Source: Gonapodya sp. JEL0774
Taxonomy: Eukaryota
DNA: 30,883 nt
Direction of reading: 5' to 3'
Assembly (NCBI GenBank): GCA_027604505.1
Contig: JADIIX010000050.1
Span: forward strand, 124,001-154,883
Both the position numbers and the translations under genes were made by a program. The notes beneath the pieces were generated by a model. It was not told the DNA's origin. It saw nothing but the letters and a program-made list of their open reading frames with translations, and did not search any database. Position 1 is the stretch's first letter. Every line of letters begins with the position of its first letter. Positions 1 to 10,990 of the stretch are shown one piece after another.

Positions 1-1336
1 CCACAATACCCTCCTCATCAGGATCTTCCCATTTAAGCTGGGTGGCGAGGAGCATCAATAATGACCATCAAATGCCACTGTCCGCACGAAATGACCCACA
101 TCAACGGTCGTAGGATCAGTGGTGTCGGGAGTCTCAAAGAGCCGTCTAGCCTCTGCGTAAGGCCATTCCGCAGGTACAGCGTACTTCTTCGTATCAAGAT
201 GTTTCAACACCTCTTCAATTGTACCATGTTTCTTGATCAATTCATAAGCCTTGGACGGTCCGATTCCCTTAATGGAGTCACAATACTGAGGAGAGAACCA
301 TCAGATCAGAAAGTTACGTGCAGAAGGCAAGTGAGTACCTCCACTCACATCGCACCCAAGAAGAATACAAAGATCAATGAACTATTCAAGAGAAACAAGA
401 ACAATGCAATGATATCGCAGAAGACGGTGAAGGTGCCCGAACAACATTACCTGCGCCATTGTCATGCCAAGACCAGCCAACGCTTTATCGAGGTGAATTT
501 CGGCCACGGGTATCTTACGTTGCTCACTGAACGTCAAGTGGCGAACGAGAATCGGGGACCCGAACGTCAATGTGTCCATATCTTCTGAACCTGCACCGTA
601 AACCTTTCCTGCCTTGCAGAGTACCGCGCACTGAGCTTCTGCTTCGCAGGGGGCCTTCCGATGGTGTAGCACTGGCTCACGCATCGATCAGCGAGCTAAG
701 CTAGAAATCCCAAACCAACTCACGTCCATGTAAGGTATTCCCATCAGCTTTAGTAATCGCTTACATTCCTCGTTGTGTACCTTGGTCACCTTCACGGTTC
801 GACGGCTGAACTTATCAAAACTTTCCGTGTCACCTGAAAAAGTGCATCGAAGAATTCATTGTTCTTCGAAGTTAGGTTTTACTCTGGCAACACCCGCTTA
901 CCAGCCTCTTGTGCAGTTGCTGCCTCCTTTTCAGCTTCAGCCCTCCTTTCCTGCCGTTTCGCGAGCTCTCCGGATTTTAAAGTCGGGGGTTTTCCATCAA
1001 AGACATAGCAAGGCTTGATTCCGTTCTCCACCATCCTTATCGTGCGGTAGAAGATACCCATGAGGTGGCTGTATTGAATTGCGAAGGGAGCCAAAATAAT
1101 CTCCTGCCGTTCCACTGAGACGCAAGCCAAGTCACAGCGAGTCCGTACCTCGTGGTCTCGCCAGCTTCGTTGGTTAACTGCATGCCGTCTTGGCCTCGGA
1201 CTGCAATCATGAACTGATAAATGCTCATGGATGCATCTATCGCGACCTTGCGACCGAAAAAGTTCTTGATTTCACTCTCCCGCATCGCTTCAGGCGCGTG
1301 GTCTCCGATGACTTTCGAAAGCCCTTGAATACCCAT
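1..1336 (-). CDS. FEN1: Flap endonuclease 1, 3' end runs off the window; exons approx. 1336-1149, 1068-902, 833-724, 654-451, 381-349, 285-100, 37-<1
   Basis: Spliced translation gives [10 protein letters not shown]...[15 protein letters not shown]...[33 protein letters not shown]...[10 protein letters not shown]...[10 protein letters not shown]...[20 protein letters not shown], the XPG-N/XPG-I/H3TH motifs of FEN1/Rad27. All introns are GT-AG and keep frame. Confidence 0.98.
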
Positions 1337-1451
1337 CGCTTCGAATCAATGTTTTGAAATGGTGGGAGTTGGGAATTATCGGTTGATTTGACCACAGCTG
1401 GTTTGGGTTCCCTCGCAATCAGATCTCAAATCCAATGCCCCCCTTTCCAGA

Positions 1452-2125
1452 ATGACGAAGAAAGTTCAATTCCATCTAAATGTGATTTCACATGCTGGTG
1501 CTACGGAATACATCTTTCAGCCAACGGTCACGCCAAGATATGGCATCGATGTTGTCATTCTGGGGAGCATCTCTGCGTTCGCATACTGTGGTGTAAGTTT
1601 TGCAGCACGAACGGAGCCGACTCGCTCGGTGAGATTGATCTATGTACGACAATATCCAGGGAGGGGTTTTCGGAGCTTGGGCTTTCCTCTTCGCGATAAT
1701 GGTTTGGGTTCACACTAAATTGTATCAGGTCATCAGTGGTGAGTCGGAGCAATGTCATGAGTTTACGGAAGCTTCTGTAGACAAACTAAAATGGACGGAC
1801 AGAGTCTGTTCTGGCGGTCCGTGGTTTGGGACTTGAGTTGAGGACCCGACGGTTTGGTTGGACTTCTTCGGAGTTCATTGATGTGGCTCGAATCAGCGAT
1901 ATATTCATCAATGAAGGATTGCATGCATGCAGTGTGCGACCGTACATGGCAGTGCTTGTAGAAGACGAAGAGCATCCCCGACTAGTGTGCAAGGTGAGTG
2001 TTCTCCGGCTAACTGTTCGATTAGATTGGAATTGCTGATTGATTTCCTTGCATCAGAGTCTCCTTCCTTCGGGTGAAGACCTGCGCAAAATCTACATCGG
2101 GTGCCGAAAAACTCTCTTCGGCTGA
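1452..2125 (+). CDS. GPI15: GPI-GlcNAc transferase complex subunit PIG-H (Gpi15); exons 1452-1592, 1660-1738, 1803-1993, 2057-2125
   Basis: Two hydrophobic segments followed by ESVLAVRGLGLELRTR...ISDIFINEG...YMAVLV...LLPS..DLRKIY, the PIG-H pattern. Three frame-consistent GT-AG introns. Confidence 0.88.
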
Positions 2126-2203
2126 CGTTGTCGGATCCAATGCCCTGACAAATGAATCACATTACACTGTCTACAATGAGATCATCTACCAGTAACGCAG
2201 CAT

Positions 2204-2531
2204 TTACAGGTTGCGGATGAAGGCGGGTTTGTGGGACTGCAAACGAGTTTATATGAAGTTCGATTAGCTCCATCACAGCGTCAACCAAACATACCTCCTG
2301 GTTGACTGCTTTGATATATTCTTCGATAAACGCCTTCTCCTCTGGATTATAAAATGGTGCAGGAATAGGCTTCGCAGCGCTTCGCGCAGACATGACCTTG
2401 TAGATAACGTAAAGACTGGAGAAGTAGCCCACAGTGACCTGTCACCGCCCATTAGTGGTGTGAAACAGAGTAACCAAAAGGAGATGGGGGACCAAATGGG
2501 ATGTCGAGTACATTTCGAATGGGATTGGCAT
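2204..2531 (-). CDS. ATP19: Mitochondrial ATP synthase subunit k-like small membrane protein (~77 aa, 3 exons)
   Basis: Splices to MPIPFEMYSTSHLVPHLLL/VTVGYFSSLYVIYKVMSARSAAKPIPAPFYNPEEKAFIEEYIKAVNQE/SHKPAFIRNL*. Single TM segment plus EEKAFIEEYIK, which resembles the EEKFIENYLK motif of yeast Atp19 as I recall it. Confidence 0.7.
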
Positions 2532-2885
2532 GCTAAAAATATTCCAACAACACAACTGACACAGGCATTGAGTACGAACCTGCCACTGAGGTATTCTCCT
2601 TCCAGCAATATTCACGAAGCCGTAAAAGTGGGACTAAGGCCGGTGCGAGACGGGGTGGGAGAGACCAAGAACAAATCCGTCAGCTTCCGTCATGGGGCAT
2701 CCACAGGACAAAAGAAGCGTGACAGTTTCTGCACTGGATGATCATTCATTCTAACGTGCAATCCGTACCATCTTTGCGGCAGGGTCACAGAATGAGCAAC
2801 AGGATGGTGAGTGTCGCGAAAAATTCTTGCTTCGGCCACCAGTCCCGCCTGGTCACATCTCAACAACCCGCACCTTGTTGCTCCA

Positions 2886-3919
2886 ATGGTAGAACTTTAT
2901 GTTACCACCCGAATCCGAGATGCTGCGCTCAAAGCTATCAAACTACTGGGGGCGGACAGTTCTTTACGGAAGCGACTCTCTGCTACGCTCGTGGATATTC
3001 CTTCCAACAATGAGACAGGAGCAACTGCAGAGGCAGCAGAACAGAAAACTTTCGACTGCATTTCCAGGAAAGAGTCTGGCGGTGTTGAAAACTCGAATGC
3101 AGTGTACATGGATGGAAAACTTGGACACAACACGCGGAGAACAATCTCTCACCGTCTTCTGAAGGAGCTCGCAGACTTTCTCATTGATCATACGGACGGT
3201 TGGTTTTTGTTGCAAGAAATTGAAAGCTTTTGTTGTCTATCGGCTCTCTCATTGCATGGCCTTCCAGACCCCGTGGAGCGAACCCAATATGGGGTGGTTG
3301 AGTTGGCGCGCCGAAGTGCAGTATACGTCGAACCTCCCACTCCCAGAGTGAAGGTACTATAAAGACATATTTTTGATGATTATTTTCAGTCCGCCAGAAT
3401 GCCTTTCTGACACGTAATGGCGTCCGCCTGTTAGAGTGCACAACTCCTGGCTATTCTAGAGAGCATCCGAGTCAAACAGGCTAATGAACAATATTATGCT
3501 CAAGAAAGTCGACAGTTAAATCTCGGAAAGGAACTGCGGGAAGGCGCACAGGACGTTCGAGAAGGTATCAAGATGGCAGCTTCAGTCGCAAATGTGCTCT
3601 TCTCGGTCGTTGGAATGGGATACGGAGCGTACTACGTGTCGGCTCAGCTTCATCAAGAACCGGGAATCGTGAGACAGAGACTTCGCAATGCATACATGGC
3701 TAGAGCTCATCTGCTCATTCAATATGGATAGAGAACTCTATTTGCCATCTTTGTCGCTGGAATAACTCTCATCGCTGAAGCGTGGTTCTTTTATTTCTAT
3801 TACCTTGTGAGCGTACTTGAGATTCCCCAATTCACAGTTCTGCGTTGATAACGCTGTGACCACATTTGCAGCTAGATGAAGTTGATCCCGTTAGCGTCAC
3901 TCGCAAGAAGCATGATTAG
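2886..3919 (+). CDS. VMA12: V-ATPase assembly factor Vma12/Vph2 (TMEM199 family), multi-exon
   Basis: MVELYVT...ELARRSAVYVEPPTPRVK/SAQLLAILESIRVKQANEQY, then two TM helices (ANVLFSVVGMGYGAYY; RTLFAIFVAGITLIAEAWFFY) and a C-terminal KKHD* dilysine ER-retrieval signal. Confidence 0.85.
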
Positions 3920-4150
3920 ATTCTGCATAACTATGTACATTTCTCGTTCTATCTCAAACTACAGGCTTTGTAAAAGTGAACAAAACGCTGCAGTCTGGTT
4001 TCGGTTTGCAGCTACACACGCTCAACATTTCACAGGCTCGTTCATCAATCCATCGTGCACGCTACACGGTGAATAACTATCTGGCGTCTTTACCGCATCT
4101 GATTGTTCGATACTCCAAGCAGTTACGTGATATTGCAGCCAGTCCCAAAG

Positions 4151-5452
4151 ATGTCGAGCTTTCGGGACGCCGTTAGGAGGCTGCAGATAATATACGATGA
4201 ATGCGTACCAAAAGATGAAAAGAACGAAGGAGAGAAAGGGGTGGATGAGTTCACCAAGCTCAAGAAGAAGGTCCATCAGGATGTTAAAACAGTGCGGCAA
4301 GTGAGTGCTCATGTAGCAACCCGTTCGATTGAATGTCCTCATCACTTTACCCTCTTCACAATTTGTCAATCATCTACTGATGCCGCCTGTAGCAACTTAA
4401 AGAACGTGAAGAGCTGCTGTCGCTCAGAGGAACCTCACCCGAGACCGCAGAATCCTCTTATCGAATTCGTGTGGCCATAAAGGCCATCAAAGAAGATGCA
4501 GCAAAGATGAAAGAGATAGCAAATAAGGATGAACGAAAGGTACGCTTTATGACTGGCGTCCAGTGGAGCTCTCCTGGACATTGTGGACAATAAAATCCCA
4601 GAACAAGAAAGACCCCGCTGCGTTACAACGAATCACCGAAAGGAAAGAAATAGTGGATCTCGTATTCAAACATTTGGAGGAATGTGAGACCCTCGAGAAG
4701 AAGCGATTTAACGACAAGGTCTCCGGGGAAAGGACGGCATTGCTGACAGGAGGAGGCGTGGCTGGTTCAAGAGGAGGTGCAGGTACTTAATGAACACAAC
4801 ATCCTTCTTGGTATAAAATCTCATGCTCAGAGGATGCCTGTTCCCAGAAATGCGACATCGTCAGGGCGCTGGCCTCGGTGCCTCGGCAGTAGATTCGGCT
4901 CCCAATGGACCCCGTTCTGACCCTTTCCTTGATTCTGATCTTCCCGACATTGACGTCGGGGAGGATTTGAAAATGATCCAAGCAAACAATGCCCTCATTG
5001 TAAGTGAATGTACGCTACATGGGAAGTGACTCTTTACACGAGCGAAGTCCCCCATCAAAGGACAAAGAACTTGATCAAATGCAGATGGGAATAACAGTGC
5101 TTAAAAACATAGCGGAAGGAATGGGGCAGGTGAGGTGTTGTTGTGCGGGTAACGTTAACGGAACTACATTCATCCGCTGCCCTGCAGGAACTGGAGAAGC
5201 AAAACGAAATGCTGGATACTATTGAAATAAAGGTCGACAAAGCAAATGAGAAATTGGATAATCTCAATGTCAAAATGAAAAACACGCTAGACAAGGCAAG
5301 TAGCGACCGAGCCTCCCTTTCTTCTCCCACTGTCATCACCACCTCGATTTTGGAATGCACAGGTAATGAAGGGTGACCGTTTCATGTTAAACTGTGTTCT
5401 ATTATGTGTTTTGCTTTCCATTGCGGCGTTCGTTGCATCCAGATTTACATAG
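4151..5452 (+). CDS. Qc-SNARE, SYP7 (SYP71)-like syntaxin
   Basis: Helical N-domain (DEFTKLKKKVHQDVKTVRQ...RIRVAIKAIKED...RKEIVDLVFKHLEECE), SNARE motif (DKELDQMQMGITVLKNIAEGMGQELEKQNEMLDTIEIKVDKANEKLDNLNVKMKNTL) with zero-layer Q, and C-terminal TM (FMLNCVLLCVLLSIAAFV). The last intron has a GC donor. Confidence 0.85.
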
Positions 5453-7020
5453 ATAGTTTGGCATTGTCATTCATGAGTTTATCATACCAACGCATCCAGT
5501 AGGCTGAAACTGCACATGCATGTTCACAATAATTTCCTGAATGTTCGAGATCAAAGATCCATCCAGCTGTCTTCCAACTGTCCTTCTCTCGACGCAATGT
5601 TTCACAAGTGAGTTGCCGTGTTTGGCCGCTGACCGACATCAGGAGGACAATTCTCAATGCAACACTCTCGCATTGTCGAAGCACCAAGGGTTGCGCCAAG
5701 CTCCCACCGGTAGAGTGTGTGGTCATCTGCTGAGTGCCTGCATAGCGACTGATTTCAGGAACCTGCACCATCGAGTGCCGCAGGAAAGAAGCCAAAGATA
5801 ACAGTGTCCGAATGTATGGGGCGAACACAGCTGGATGGAAAGAGCATACCTCAGCCGCCAGCCACGGGTGAATATTTACAAGGTGTGAATAGGATGCGAT
5901 GTGAGAATCAGCGACCTGAGCCAAACATTGTTCTGCAAAAACCTCTGCAAGCAAGTCTGCAACCCTTTGGGGTGTGGGCGGCGTGTACTCAAGATAATCG
6001 CTAGATGTAGTTTGGCCATACAAGCCAGGTGGACCAGAGGCTCTCGCGAGAATAATGATGTTTGCGAAAACTTCCTGGAAGTGGAGTTCGTGAACCTCTG
6101 AACGGGATCCACGCCGCATGACACATCATATTTGGCATCGTACTCACTATCCACGCTTCAGGGTCAATTCTATTGAGCTTGATCGTCATTTCCCTCACAA
6201 GCGAGAGTCCATTCGGAGACGAGCCGTCTAGCTTGGATGAGGCGAAATCTTGCGCGATTGTTCGGAGCAGAAGTTTTGCTGTTGCGCGACGGGTGACCGA
6301 GGTTATCTGGAGTTGATATTCCAGCCGCGATTTTTTCCCCTGTGCCACGAGTCCTGATGAAAGAGCCGAGAAAGAGTAAATTGAATAGCATACCGTTTTC
6401 GCTTGATTCGCGATGTGTGGGAACACCAACCTGAGAACCCTACTGTGTCGCCCATTTGAGCAGCCGATTGAAGTTCATCGCGTACTGCATCTAACCCTCT
6501 AATAAGGTTGCTTGATGTCACAACATGTGAAAGAAGCTGCCAGATGGCGAAATTTGTAAGCGAGAGCCCTATCACTGGAAGTGGTGGTTCACCGCACCTG
6601 ATGAACTCTCGTGTCACTCCTCTGAATCAAAGACAAAAACAAATTATCTGGTAGGCTGTGATTGGTCATGAGCATTTCAGATATTTCAGCGCACGAGTTT
6701 GCGAGGGTTCTCAGTGGTCCATCAAGCCGGAGTTCTCGTAGAACAAGAGCGAAGTTCTGTTCCATCTCCTTGACCTCCATGGAATCTCCGTGAGCAGCAG
6801 CCTACCACAAGAAATGGTTGTACTTTAGCTTTAATATGGAATCATGGGGTCCAAAAAATCGAGCGTTAACCTCGAGTCCACCAGCGAGTCCAAGAATCGC
6901 CTCCATTTGCTCAATGGTCAGAGACCGAACACATTCTGAGCGGGCAATTCTGATGGCATCAGCGAAAGCGCGAAGTTTTTGAGTACTTCCGCTTTCGCTC
7001 GGGGTGACCTTTGGGGGCAT
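5445..7020 (-). CDS. FANCF: Probable Fanconi anemia group F (FANCF)-like protein, multi-exon
   Basis: Collinear segments resembling vertebrate FANCF as recalled: KLRAFADAIRIARSECV, LANSCAEISEMLMTNHSLPDNL, RRATAKLLLRTI, FQEVFANIIIL, IHPWLAAEVCSFHPAVFAPYIRTL. The first three introns keep frame; later junctions were not fully resolved. Confidence 0.6.
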
Positions 7021-7148
7021 TTGAATGATGTAAGAACGCGAAGTTTGGTGGATCACAGGCACAAGTGACTGAGGCCTCCACCCACCATTGATCAGTTTGA
7101 AATAGATGAGAGATGAAATCTGTTCAACGCTTTTCTTTTCGCCTTTTA

Positions 7149-8202
7149 ATGATGCGCGCTCGGTATCATCAGCGTCCACTGTTCGTGGATTCTCTCAGTT
7201 TCATCCTGAGCCTCGCGCTCTTCATCTTGTTCGCGGTTCCATCAGAACCTGCCAGCAACGCCGCTTATTGCTATGGATTAGACAGAGCTTCATCTGGGTC
7301 ATGCGTTTCGATTCTTCAAACCAGTGGAACCACCCAGCAACTTCCGGACGGCGTACTCAGTTCTGGAAACGATGTCGCAGTTCAAATGCGGTTTACGTGG
7401 ACAGTGACAAACAAGACCATCACCAACTCAACGCTTTTGGCAAATGCGACATCATGCAATCAAACAAACTGCAACGTTACAGCATTTGGATGGTTCTTTC
7501 CAAAAGTTGATGTTCACTCGCAGTTGCTAATGAATGGCTCACAAGGTTCGGAAGTACTCTTGAACAGGGGCACATGCTAGCTCTCTTACGGCGCTTATTT
7601 AGCCGTTAGATTGGTCTCGCTGACTACTCGCCGGTGGGATCAAGTTTGGCTGTCGGTTCAGATTGTAATAAACGGAACATTGTTTTCCACTGAGCGGAAA
7701 CAATGGTTCGCACAGCCAGATTCAACTGCAACTTCTATATACTACATTCCATACCGTGGAGTGGTGGTGGAGCTGAATAAGGGTATGCTGCGCACTGCCA
7801 CCATTCCTTCTGACCATCTCAGGCGGGACTTACTCTCGGTGTTTGCACAGGGGTCGTTCAATCAATCTATTGGGAGGAAGTCAGTAAATCACTTTCACTC
7901 TGTGGTAGTGCTCTAGTAGACCAACTTGATATATGCCCCGTCGAGTGCACCACTGCAGGTAGCGGTGCGACAGGCTTCTCAGGCTGTGACGTGAAGGTTC
8001 GTGAGCATCCGGAATCATGTTCCAGAAACCTTTCTGATCGGAATCAAAAAACAGGTGTACTTGATGTGGGCGGGCACAGACGCACAGGGCAAAACCCTGC
8101 GATCAGTTGGTGAGTGGTCAAAGCGGTGCGGCTTTAGAAAGTTCTCTGACATAATGCGATACACCAGAGCAATCTGTATATAAAATTCAGAATATTATAT
8201 GA
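7149..8202 (+). CDS. Uncharacterised secreted or signal-anchored glycoprotein, multi-exon
   Basis: Hydrophobic N-terminus (FILSLALFILFAV), many N-x-S/T sequons (NKT, NST, NAT, NQT, NVT, NGS, NGT), paired Cys, and later exons GVVVELNK/GVVQSIYWEE and VYLMWAGTDAQGKTLRSV. The 3' end is uncertain. Confidence 0.65.
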
Positions 8203-8672
8203 GATGATCAGCTGGTTCTGAAGTCCTGCAAAATTCTTGAATTTAAATCGACTTTTGTAAACTGGAACTACATTTTGATGCTCGTGTAAATGACTTTTGC
8301 TGGCTGTTGTAGTTGTCAGTTTCGGAGGGCAGTCGCCCATATGAGTCGACAAACAACGAGCGTGATCTGTTCCGTTGAATTGGTGGGGAAAACCAGTCTC
8401 TCTTTACATGTTTTGGGGCTCTACCGGTGTCTCCAGTCCGGACTCGGTGTATTGATAGGACAAAAGTATATTACGATTCCGTTCGGCTGATGGATCCTAG
8501 GAAGCACACATCAATAGCAGGTTGGTTGACCGCCTGAGAGACCCCTTGGCGCTGTGATCATTTTCGGAGACGGGATGCGGATAAGGAGGCATGAGAGGGA
8601 ATGAGCGAAGTTCAGATCGCTCCCTCCAATACAAAAAATTCACTCGCCCCATCCACAAACCTTCGAAAACAA

Positions 8673-9454
8673 ATGAGCAGTCGAGGAGGAGCACCCCGGA
8701 AACGTGGTGGAAACGCACACAGAGGACGTGGAAGTGGACGAAGAGACTTCACGGATAGGGAGTTGCACTTTGACGGTCCTCCACCTCAGGATGATCCCTC
8801 AGAGAATGAAGAGGATGACAGTGAAGAAGAGAATGAGACCACCAACGGAGCATCAAGACCAGCTGGGCCAGGAACACCAATCACTGAGGTACGTAGCGGC
8901 AGAATCGAGACTTTCTGAGTTTCAATCAACTTCACCATCTCTGCTTTCATTTGCCCACCAGGTATACAACCCGAATCGGAATGCGAAGCCAGCAATGAAA
9001 CTTTCGGATCTGGGAAAAACACCGGCTGCTGGCTCGGGTGATGACATGTTTAGAGGCGACGGACAGCTCTCCAGAAAAGAGCGGGAGGTGTGTGAGGTTG
9101 TGATCTTCGGACCACGAGCAAATATCTCAACAACAATTGTCCAACCGTGAAACTCTAAGGCGATGGAGAAGGAAAGGGCGAGGGAGGCGTACATGAAGAA
9201 GCACCTCGCAGGGCAAACTGAGGAAGCTAAACGTGACCTTGCGCGATTAGCACAAATTCGAAAAGAACGGGAGGAGGCGGCAAGAAAAAGAGAGGAGGAG
9301 AAGTTGGGTGAGTGATCCTCGCCATAATATCTGTGATGTCTTTAATATCAATGCATTTCTTGGACTCGCTCCAGCAAAGGAAGCAGGGAAGGCGGGAAAG
9401 AAGTCAGAGAGCTTGAACGCTTCAAAAGCTACCATCACCAAACGTTTGGGCTAA
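8673..9454 (+). CDS. PDAP1: 28 kDa heat/acid-stable phosphoprotein (PP28/PDAP1 family)
   Basis: RGG-like N-terminus, acidic stretch, VYNPNR, then [55 protein letters not shown], the PP28 signature. Confidence 0.93.
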
Positions 9455-9492
9455 TCTTGCATACTATTGTGCCATCATCAATATATGTAGTA

Positions 9493-10845
9493 TCACTTGC
9501 GGGGTACATTGAAGAAAGCAGACGCGTAGCTAACTGAGCTATCCCTGTCATTTAGGACTCGACTAGACTGTGCGTACCGCACAAACTTGAGGGACGGGTT
9601 ACTTGCAGGGTCTGAGGTTCCTTGAGTGGATGGTAGTTGGGGGAAAGCTCTCCCAATCGCATTTAATAGAACTCCAATCGGATGCCTGGGACAAGAATGA
9701 TGTCAGGAAAACCGGTATTTGAAACACACATCACATTCAGACGGACCTCCCACAGATGGTGTTTTTCGTTCTTTTCAAATAGGATTCAAAGCCAGAGATA
9801 TCGAGTTTCTCAATAAGTTCCATTCCTTCACGATCCAAAGCCTCTATGCTCTCGTGTATTGGCATTTCTCGTGACGCCGAGTGATGCTTATATGTATAGG
9901 CAAAGCGAGTACCCCAATGGCAAAAGTCGGACGAGATCACAAAGAGATTTGTTGGATCCTTGAGGTACTTGGCTAAAATTTCGCCGTAGTGTCCTTCCTT
10001 GGCATTAGATATTGCCCCAACAAGTATCGGTATGATGGTATATGTTGCTGGTGCTCTGGCGTGAATTGCTTATCAGCAATAAGTCAGGTCCAGGCAATCC
10101 GTTCCTGCTCACCGATCCATAATTCTCACGAGGTAAGGAAGCTGCATTTCGATGCTGTGCTCGCCCTCGTCCACCGAGAGACTCATTTTAGAAAAGCTCC
10201 CAGTGCTCTGCAAGTCCCTTTGCACTATTCGCGGTTCGCGATCAGCCTCGTAGCCTTGAGCATTGACCCATCTACGTCACATCACCTCACCTTCCGTGTC
10301 GATTACCAAGTTCCCTATAGGGGTCTCATATTCACTACACTGAGTAAGAGCACAGCCGTCAAGGTAGAAGTGGTGGGATGGACCCAGAATGAAAATTCGC
10401 TTTCTATGTACATAATTGGCAACTGTGGGGATCGGAACAACAATGTAATCCACGAAATTCAACAGGAACGCACATTTGCGAGGCATCCACAAGCTTATAC
10501 GCCCATGCGGCTGTTGGTCCAGAGTATGAATAGCCCGCATGCCTGCAAGTGTCCGAAAGTTCGGCTGAAAAGGGCCACCAAGGAGCTGATGACTGCATAG
10601 AAGGACTTACGGGACTATGATCGCTCTCGCAGTGTTAATTGGAAGTGCTAGCTCGATGCCATGAAAACTTGGAAGCGTTTCGGGCACCTGTTCGAGCCAC
10701 CCATCGAGCTCTTCCGTTAGTTTGTTGGCTGACGGGATGCCGAAGATGAGAGATTGCGCTCAATCTTCGAACTGATGGATCAGAGTCCAGACGACTCACA
10801 GTTTTTCGAGTACCAGGAGCCCGCGTGAGTTGCTCTTCGCTTCAT
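9493..10845 (-). CDS. MEMO1: MEMO1 family (AmmeMemoRadiSam protein B) protein
   Basis: [12 protein letters not shown]...[15 protein letters not shown]...[13 protein letters not shown]...[12 protein letters not shown]...[14 protein letters not shown]...NTICGR...[14 protein letters not shown]. Confidence 0.96.
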
Positions 10846-10990
10846 TCTGGATCTCACTGTCGTGAAAGGTGTTTAGTTTGCTCCTGGCCACATGAAACCC
10901 GCAAATATTATATTCGACTATCACATGCATCCTTTCGCTCAGCCAATCGCCATTGGTATTCTTCAACTTTCGTACAGACAGTTCACAAAT

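Noticed and set aside
61..588. Plus-strand ORFs opposite FEN1, and similar antisense ORFs opposite MEMO1 (9989-10600) and the Slm1-like gene (25361-26068)
   Set aside because: Antisense shadows of well-supported genes, with no recognisable motifs.
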